From Eledone cirrhosa (Eukaryota), in assembly GCA_964016885.1 (NCBI GenBank), contig OZ024743.1:6138001-6202000 (forward strand): a stretch of DNA of 64,000 nt. The letters run 5' to 3'. Both the position numbers and the translations under genes were made by a program. The notes beneath the pieces are model-generated. The model worked only from the letters and a program-made list of their open reading frames with translations. It ran no database searches and was not told where the DNA came from. Position 1 is the first letter of the stretch, and each line of letters starts with the position of its first letter. Positions 56,383-64,000 of this stretch are shown here, piece after piece.

Positions 56383-56386
<4 letters not shown>
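52897..56386 (+). mobile_element. RTE-clade LINE, near full-length, (GAT)n tail
   Basis: Single EN-RT ORF, ~370-nt 3' UTR ending ggacgttaaacgtt(gat)n. Confidence 0.95.
53012..55987 (+). CDS. RTE APE endonuclease / reverse transcriptase with PHD finger (991 aa; frame open from 52898)
   Basis: CIQETRW, SAYAPQ, GDLNGHVG, QVDYIL, SQH; DLEKAFDRV, GVHQGSVLSP, YADD; C4HC3 CSVC..CPKC..HKRC..CGRC; RRLRWYGHVMR..GRPRKTW. No stops. Confidence 0.95.
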   Translation: MLERKEVDVCCIQETRWRGGSARFIEGKKRCYTLFWVGNDDGLGGVGIMVAEKWADKIIDVNRVNDRIIKIRLVLNRTTVTVISAYAPQSGLPGTIKDRFYETLLLTTSQISDSDYIIIAGDLNGHVGQHCDGYDEIHGGYGFGTRNEEGSRILEFCDANNLTICNTNFKKRDNHLITYRSGEHTSQVDYILTRRRDRVSVVNTKSLPHEECTSQHRLIISDLIVRTRRTRQQKRTILRRKIWKLKDPTAKNKFQNILLDAFDSKEEHLESDNIEGQWEFLKANLLLATDEVCGWSRPVGRRRVTWWWNSKVEGSIKAKKQAWKVWRDGGSRVDYQVARREARREVYLARREAEERKFKHVLQRDDQKREVFRIARQCVKENRDIVGEKCVLNDDGILAITDADKKVAWKCHYERLLNEENKWEKDSLPHIDPIEGPAVLVEGSIISKAIKDMKTGKAAGPSEIVAEMLKASGTVGHTMVTRIVNQVVQNGVVPKDWHSSIIINCYKGKGDALDRSNYRGIKLIDQVMKVTEKVIAQLIRERIDLDEMQFGFVSGKSTTDALFIVRQLQEKFLAKGKPLYLAFVDLEKAFDRVPRSIIWWALRKLGVDEWLVRAIQAMYKETVSKVRINNEYSEEFSVKVGVHQGSVLSPLLFIIALQAITEEFKTGCPWELLYADDLTLIAESMAELEKKFQTWKHGLESKGLKINLAKTKVLVCRKENKAAVPSGKWSCSVCRKGVGRNSILCPKCKVWVHKRCSGITGKLTKNIDFTCGRCSGAISSSKCPQNTSSFNGAEGPIEIVDSFRYLGDKISSGGGCSESTVARVRTGWKKFRELIPLLAAKGFSLKMKGRLYDACIRTAMLHGSETWALCAEDIRRLERNEACMLRWMCNSNIRERQSINELRKKLEIRGIRCCLLERRLRWYGHVMRMKVDSCITKCRAIKIDGSHGIGRPRKTWDELINSDITHLHLSKTMSLDRDLWRYSVTEKTRLT

Positions 56387-56422
<36 letters not shown>

Positions 56423-56425
<3 letters not shown>

Positions 56426-56478
56426 AACATGTTCAAGACCCCGGCGGCAAAGCTCAAGCCGTTTCGATGGCTATTTCT

Positions 56479-56485
<7 letters not shown>
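56423..56485 (-). mobile_element. Diverged short-end fragment of the PLE copy 1/2 terminus
   Basis: aggaac..agaccccggcggc..agctcaagccgtttcgatggcta inside (TA)n. Confidence 0.75.
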
Positions 56486-56527
<42 letters not shown>

Positions 56528-57504
56528 AACCCAACCACGGATTACACACATTGGACATCGCTCCCACCAATCAACTCCATCACAAGGAAAATATCCGGCA
56601 ACTCACCACACCCTCTACGGAACTACCTTAGGAACTTACCCACGGACACACACTTACAAAAAAAAATTTTCCCACACGCCACCTACGTCCACAATACGTA
56701 TAAACACCACACACACGTGCGTACCCCCACATATTTACACTCAGCCTCCGGAATCCTCTCCCCCAGCCCCTCTGACCCCTCCCCATACACACGCGCGCAC
56801 ACACCGACCTACATCCCACCCCACACACATACCTTTTCCTGAACATGGAACCTCGTTCTTCACATACACACACACACATTCACATACACACACACACACA
56901 CACGTACACCTACACACACACACACCACCTTCAGCCCTCCCCGCCTCCCTCTCCCCACTCCACCCGCTAGTGTCTCATTCAGGAATATTGATGTTTACAT
57001 TATAATTCATAGGAATTGATAGACTGATGAAACATAATATTTTAAAACTATCATTTTTGTTTCTAAGTATATCTCCTCTCCTCCTCCCTCTACTCTTATA
57101 TCGGCTGTGTTAACTCTATCTCCTGTATATCACCCCTCCCCTATCTCTCCCACCTCGTATAATAGATATTACTCGATCTACCTCTCCTTATTTATTTTTG
57201 TTTTTATTTCTCCCCGTATCCTTAACACTAAATAAATAAATAAACAAATGAATAATTACAGTACCCCCTTCCCTCATAGATCTCTCATTTGGTGGTTTTC
57301 TCTTTACATACATTTCTTCATCTTCTTCACCTTCCGCTCTTTCTTTTTATTTTCTCCTTCTTTTTCTTTTTCCTTTTTTCCTTTTTTCTCCGTCTTTTTT
57401 TCTAACCGTCCTTAACATTTTCACTACCGTAACAACTTTTTAAATGGAAGTTGTAAACTCTAAGGTATGTCAAATTTATTTATAAAACTGTCTATATATT
57501 GTAT

Positions 57505-57563
57505 TTTGTCTGAAGAGGGCATACCATATTCTAATATGATATCCCTGAAATATATATAATGAA
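57505..57563 (+). ncRNA. Type I hammerhead motif at the end of a PLE-like 3' UTR remnant
   Basis: tttgt-CTGAAGA-gggcataccatat..atatgatatccct-GAAA-tatata-TA-atgaa; stem I partly by G-U pairs. Confidence 0.62.
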
Positions 57564-57996
57564 ATAAATATGGTTTTATAAATGTAATTTCCATTTGTTT
57601 AATATCGTATATATATATATATATATATATGCCTGTGTGTCTGTGTCTATATATGTATGTTTGCATGCATGAATTCACTAAGCTTTAGATTTAGTAGAAT
57701 GTACAACCACTGACTCCAGCTATTTGCACATTTGCACTATCGTATATTTTGGTTTCTATTAAGTCCCGGGGGAGGGGGGGGGGGTGATTGACCAAATGTT
57801 TTGGTTAATTGTTTTATTTTTTTTTTTTATGTATTCTTTCTCTTAGATTTCAGGTATTTTTTGAAAGCAAAGCATTGACTCCTAAAATACTAGTGGGCTC
57901 TTGCAATGCTACCGTGGGCCCCCTGGGGCCCACTTGCCACTGGGCAACCTGACAACCTGGCCAGTCCATCACTGTCTATATGTATTTATGTGTGTG

Positions 57997-58312
57997 AAAA
58001 TGCGTGGTTAAGCTATTCGGCTCACAATCGTAAGGTCGTGAGTTCGATTCACTGCGGCGCGTTGGGTCTTTGAGCAAGACACTTTATTTCGCATTGCACC
58101 AGTCCACTCAGCTGGCAAAAATCAGTTGTACCTGTAATTTGAAGGACCAGATTTGTCACACACTGTGTCACACTGAATCTTCCTGAGAGCAACGTAAAGA
58201 GTACGCACGCGTCTGGACTGCTCAGTAACTTGCACGTTAATTTCACGAGTTAGCTGTTCTGTTGATAGTATCAACTGGAAAACTCGTCACCATAACCCAC
58301 GGAGTGACTCCA
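57997..58312 (+). mobile_element. tRNA-derived SINE family B, near full-length
   Basis: A/B boxes (gtggttaag, gagttcgattc), ttgagcaagacactttatttc core, acttgcacgttaatttcacgag 3' domain. Confidence 0.8.
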
Positions 58313-58342
58313 TTTATATGTGTGTGTTTATATATATATGTG

Positions 58343-58401
<59 letters not shown>

Positions 58402-58462
58402 TGTGTGTGTGTGCGCGCGCGCGTGTGTGTGTGTCTATGTATCTATTTATCTATTTATACAC

Positions 58463-58764
58463 TGAGGATGAAGAACTCAGAGCTGTACGGGAGCCTCCCA
58501 AAAGTCAGCTCGAAAATAACACAGAAGAGATTGAGGTTAGCTGGACATACTCACCGACATTCAGAGTTGACACTGCATTCAGTTGTCCCGTGGGAGCACC
58601 TGCACGGACACACTAGAAGAGGGAGACCGAGGTTGACATATGTTGATGCCCTAAGGACAGACACGGGTCTGTTGGAGACACAGGACATGGCAGCGACGAT
58701 GAGGGGCAGAGACCACTGGAAAAAACTCGTCCATGGATCTCGGGATTTTAACCGCCCTGGATAG
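58463..58764 (+). pseudogene. RTE-type LINE 3' fragment
   Basis: ELYGSLPKVSSKITQKRLRLAGHTHRH..RRGRPRLTYVD. Confidence 0.8.
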
Positions 58765-58771
58765 ATAGATA

Positions 58772-59077
58772 TCTTTCTTTATTTGCCACAGGGGCGTACA
58801 AAAATGGGACATTACAAGAGGTGACGGCGGGGGTTTTACATAAAAATCATATAACTTTAACATTAATAAATAACAATAAACTATATATAATAAAATAACA
58901 ATTGAAATCCCCAATAGGGGGAACGTTTCTGCAGGGTTGTTTTACACCCCGTGGATAGAACAACCGTCAACACCAGGAATACATTTTGTAGGTGTTCCCG
59001 TCTTCCCTCTGTTTATCGTCCTCAACCTACAGGTTTATATACAGAGAAGGCCCATTCATTCGGGCCATTTTCGCCAC
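58772..59077 (-). mobile_element. Short 3' fragment of a Tx1 element related to 35027-38587
   Basis: tttatttgccac and gaaggcccattca..cgggccatt..cgccac shared with 35030-35341; GATA repeats on both sides. Confidence 0.75.
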
Positions 59078-62000
59078 ATAGATAGATAAATCGTTGATAA
59101 ATGAAATAAAACAAACACAGAGATGCAAAAAAACAAAGTCATATTAGGTTCACGCTTGGAGGAAGTCCTTCATCGGAACAGTTTGAATAAGGAGAGAACA
59201 GGTAGGAACATGAAAGTAGCGTGAAAAAGTTAGGAAAGGAAGTTAGGAAAAGGGTGTTGGAAGGAGATCAATATGTTGGGGGGTGGAAACTGTACCGGAA
59301 ACTGTAGCTCGTTCCTGATGGATTTATATTTGTCTTCCTGTGAGGAGAATAGGCCAAATTTGCCAGTTGAGTAGATGTAGGTATAGTAGATGTAGGATGT
59401 ATTTATTCCAAATTACGGGCATTTCGATGTGTTACTGCACAAAATCTCTAGTTTAGAGGTGAAGAGGAATGGATGCGACTTTAGCAATATTAATTATTTG
59501 GACTTCACTATCGAAAGGAGCGGCGAGACGATAGTGACAAAAACCTTTGCATCTAGCTGTACGTCAATATCTTTAGGATAGAGCGTGTTTTCCAGTCAAA
59601 TTATACGTTACAATGGGATAAGTAGCATGATTAATGTTTCTCCGGCATACAGGCTAATACTGAAAGTAGAGACACTTATTTCAGCCATTTTCGTCACAGC
59701 CATCCATCTTTTAAATAAACCACTGGAGGAGAGCACCTCCCTCTGACCCCACATTCCGTTATAGAAATAGTGTTAATCCGTGTATGGGCGATGAAAACCG
59801 AAATCCCTTGGAAATGATAAACACACACACACATACACAAATACATCATCAAAACTCCAGTCTTAATATGTACAACAAACAAAAAATAGAACTATTATGT
59901 ACTACACATATATTATGTATTTTCAATATAATAAAAACAACAACAACAACAACAAAAGCAGCTATGATGCGGTTGATTTTCTGCTTAAACTGTTTAAAGG
60001 TGACGCCAGTAGAAAAGCATGAGCACCGGGGGAGTTCGAGAGTGCCGTTGGTTTGAACAGGAATGATAAGGCGTTGTGGTTTGTGAGGAACCTGAGATAT
60101 TTAATACAACACAGGTGACGAAAGGAAAGATGAGTAAGTCAGGAATATCTGAGTAGTAGTGACACGGGCCTAGCCGTCTCCGAAGAGCAGAGGCCATCGT
60201 AATTAGTATAAGCATTTCCATTTTCTCCAGACTTAGCCAGTAAAAAAAAATTCAGTTTTGCAGAGCAAGATGCTGGAGTGTGTATGTGAGTGGCTTTTGC
60301 CAATTAGCCAATTGGCTTTTTTCTGGATGCGGTCTAGGATGTTTGTGTGTGTTAGCAACACTGTTCCACATATGGAAGCAGTACTCTGAAAAGAGACAAG
60401 TATAAAGAGAAAAGCTAAATGCTATAAGTCATTCAGACTACAGATTTAACTAATAAAATAGTGGCTATGCATACTTTGGCTACCCTAAAAAGAAAATGCA
60501 ATATAGTAAATTAGAATTTTAGCAGACTGAAACACTAACATTGGAAAACCAGAAACCTATTATCTACATTTCGATGTGTCCAATCCAAAAATAAGCTAAA
60601 TTGGATAAACCAACACAAAGAAGATATTTAGAAAATAATGGCTTAGATACTTTGAGATTAATATTTAAGTCTAAAAAAATAAGACATTTACGTAAACTCA
60701 TGGATTCTGAAGTGTAGTGGGTAGTTAGGATTAAAAACCTAAAGGGATGTCAATACGACATACTGACCACACAAATCGTATAATTTATTTCCAGTATATT
60801 TCTTCACTCACTCAAACTTGCTATAGCTGGCTAGCAATCCTATTTTATACTATACTCCATTGTAAGGTTTTCGAACAACCTGACTAATTCAATAATCAAC
60901 TTTCTGTTGTCTGTTGATACCGGAAACGATACACTGAGCTAAAGTGTCTATCAAAGTTGGTCGAATATTTTTGTTTCTACTGCTTCTTTTCCTACTGTAT
61001 TTGTCCTGTGGTTGATACAATCTGTTTTACTAATTTTTCACTTGATAGCTGGGCCACCTTTAATAGTATATATTGTAACCAAAATGTTTCAATAATATTT
61101 TGAGCCATGTTTCAAATTTTTTGTCAACCCAAGTAACGTTTTTTTCACTGACGAAGTTTTCAATGGTACCTCTAGGCACTCTGGTGTATAACTTTCGCAA
61201 TCAACTATATGTAGGATGTTTCGGTGAATTAACTATTGTTAACGATTACTGAGACATAAAACATTTATCTATTCAAATTTTAATAGTTCGGAGTTCAAAT
61301 CGCAATATTAGATGCAATATTAGATGCAATACGAAAAGCTATACCATCAAAATTATAAACGATTTTCTTCAGAATGACCAAACATTACAAATGTGACGTT
61401 ATATAACTAAACGAGATACAGAATGAACGTCTCTGCTAGACCCTAAAGTATTAAAAATATCATTTTAATAATGGAAAAAAACTGAAGAATGAAGAACCAC
61501 CTGAGAGAGACCGGAAAGTTGACTTCTGGTCCAGGAATTTCTCGTTCTACAGACAAGCCTTCATCAACCTGTTCCAAAAAAACAATGGACGGTGAACTTG
61601 GTATATCATATTGTCTGTCAGTTGCACACACCAGTTATAAAGCTAAGGACCAAGAAATCCATGTAGCAAGTATGTCTAAATGTCAAGCATTCAAGATACC
61701 CGAATCTTACTTGAATAGAGCCACCTAAATATGTGTGCCCAATGAGCTAGAGGCTTAACAGTAGGGGATCTTGTAGCGGTCTGAACAGCTCCTTACAAAT
61801 ATAGCCTCCTCAAAGAAGCAACAACTCTATCGAATTTTTGTAGCAAAAAGAAGTCTTTTAAATATCTCCCTCGGTAAATGGCACTTCCTATTGACAAAAT
61901 CATAGTTTATTCAGGTTTTACTAAAGATGATGCACAAATTATTGATGATGACCAGAAGCTGTATCAAGAAATATTCTAGCAGGATATTCGACCAGAATAA

Positions 62001-62225
62001 GTATTCAAGTCAATAGTACTAAAATCGTTGAGCAGACAACATGCATTGGTAGATAAGCCAAGTGCTAAATATACCTAGGAATTGCTTAGAATATTACAAC
62101 GGTCAAATTAACTATCAGATCATTCAGTCTGTACGGAAATTTATTCAACACGAGCTAAAACAACTTTGAAACCGCAAACAAAATATCTTAAGATTTAAAA
62201 CAAAATCATACTTTGGTGCATACAC

Positions 62226-62355
<130 letters not shown>

Positions 62356-62622
62356 TGTATGTATGTACAGTTGGCAGCCACCATGTATGTATGTATGTTC
62401 TTCTGGTTTTATAATTTCACAAAGTTTTATCAATAGAGAGAGAGTCGGTTTCTATCATAGACACAAGACTCTCTCATTGGAATTTACACATCAACTAGGT
62501 AGATATGTATGTATGCATTCATGTGTAGATATGGATGTTATTGTAAGTGTGCATGTGTATGTTTTGAGTTGTATGTGTGCATGCGTATATGCTTTGCATC
62601 TGTACATGTGTATATGCAGTTA

Positions 62623-63172
62623 TTAGATGCAAAATGTTTGGAATGTTTTACATATTTTTACTGCTCCATTAATGGATTGTACTTGTAATTTCCTAACTAG
62701 TTGTGTTCTTTCTGTTCCTGTGAAGCTTAGCTTCTCAAGATTTGTATTGAGGCAGTTACTAACATACCCCAGTGCCCCAATAATCACAGGCATAAATCTG
62801 AAGGTGTAATCAGGGTGGAATATCTGCAGATTTCTCATCAGTTCTGCATAAATATTCTCCTTTTCACTAATATTTGATATTATATTGGCATCTGCTGGGC
62901 AGCTAATTTCCACTACTGTGCATGCTTAATTCTCCCTGTCCCATATCATAATATCTGGTCTGTTATGCCTGCATTTTATTGGGGTTTTTACTGGAACATT
63001 CCACCAGTACGCTTTCATATTATGTACATGGATGTCTTCCACTTTGTTGTAGCTTTTAATGTGTTTATTATCTGGGCTATCTTTTTTACGAACTGCATTG
63101 CACAGTGTTTTGGCCACTATATCATGCTTCATAGGTAGATAGTACTGCGATGACATCTTTGGACAGCTGCTG
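62623..63172 (-). pseudogene. R4/Dong-like retrotransposon, restriction-like endonuclease region
   Basis: SSCPK..YLPMKHDIVAK..WWN..HNRPDIMIWD..VEISCP..EKENIY..PVIIGALG; one stop. Confidence 0.8.
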
Positions 63173-63237
63173 GTATGTATGTATGTATGTATGTATGTAT
63201 GTATGTATGTATGTATGTATGTATGTATGTATGTATG

Positions 63238-63765
63238 TACCAGAGTTTTCAAGTCGCTGGCTGGACTAAAAAGTCCCACTTGTTTAGCGCATCGGTAGGG
63301 GTTCTCCCACATGGATATAAAGTAGTGGCTGTACTCGAAAACGAGTTGGCAGCCACCATGTACGAGTTAGCCTTTGTCAAGGCAGAATTCTAGGAGAAGG
63401 AAAACTCTGATATAACACCTGCAACCCTCATGGTATCCAATGATGTTGACTTGTTCTTCTTTTTGGTAAATATCATCTTGGTTAAGAGAGTGGGACTGGC
63501 TTTGTGCAGTGCCTTTGCTCACTATAAAAGCTTCACGGCACAGGCATTGCTTTATATCTGGAGATCTCTCTGCACTTGTCGTCACATGGTGCCATGGGCC
63601 CAGCACTATGTGTCAATAATTGTCACAAGTGTAGTGTTTGTACCAGAGTTTTCAAGTCGCTGGCTGAACTAAAAAGTCACACTTGTATAGCGCATCGGTA
63701 GAGGTTCTCCTACATGGATATAAAGTAGTGGCCGTACTCGGAAACGAGTTGGCAGCCACCATGTA
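63238..63765 (-). repeat. Two ~125-bp direct repeats (63238-63362, 63641-63765) associated with (CATA)n
   Basis: taccagagttttcaagtcgctggctg...gagttggcagccaccatgta occurs twice; a stub at 62369-62387. Confidence 0.85.
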
Positions 63766-64000
63766 TGTATATATATATATGTATGTATGTTTGTATGTAT
63801 CTGTCTATCTATCTTTCTATCTATCTATCTATCTGTCTATCTATCTATTTATCTATCTATAGCAGGACACTATTATAAGTGATGAGGTATATAAGCCTCT
63901 CCGTTAAATATTGTTTCAGTTTACAGGGAAATACATATAGTTAGCTTGTTTACATGTCAATATACGCAATATAGAAATATACACATTTACGCAGGCTTGG

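Noticed and set aside
59200-62100. Non-microsatellite sequence as host exons
   Set aside because: Only short broken frames. 60150-60430 looks like a decayed LINE RT end, and nothing was assignable with confidence.

Overview
Eukaryotic, AT-rich, microsatellite-saturated DNA. The SINE types, (TA)n/(CA)n density and RTE tails suggest a coleoid cephalopod such as octopus (inference). Most computed ORFs are microsatellite translations. Real content: (i) four phase-compatible minus-strand exons of one host gene (44475->30292: a 1887-nt low-complexity exon followed by an EMI-like Cys-rich domain); (ii) a near-intact RTE LINE ORF with a PHD finger, a Tx1/L1 ORF2 with one nonsense codon, Penelope-like elements (PLEs; RT + GIY-YIG), R4/Dong, CRE and RTE remnants, an internally deleted mariner, Helitron pieces, MITEs and many SINEs; (iii) the most striking signal, at least nine fold-back insertions in (TA)n from several sequence families, most carrying a type I hammerhead ribozyme (HHR) motif and a one-sided 60-115 nt extension. 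Two families with no visible sequence similarity use a non-canonical core, UUGANAA, in which the C3-G8 pair is swapped for U3-A8. All structures were read by eye, and repeat boundaries are approximate to a few nt.
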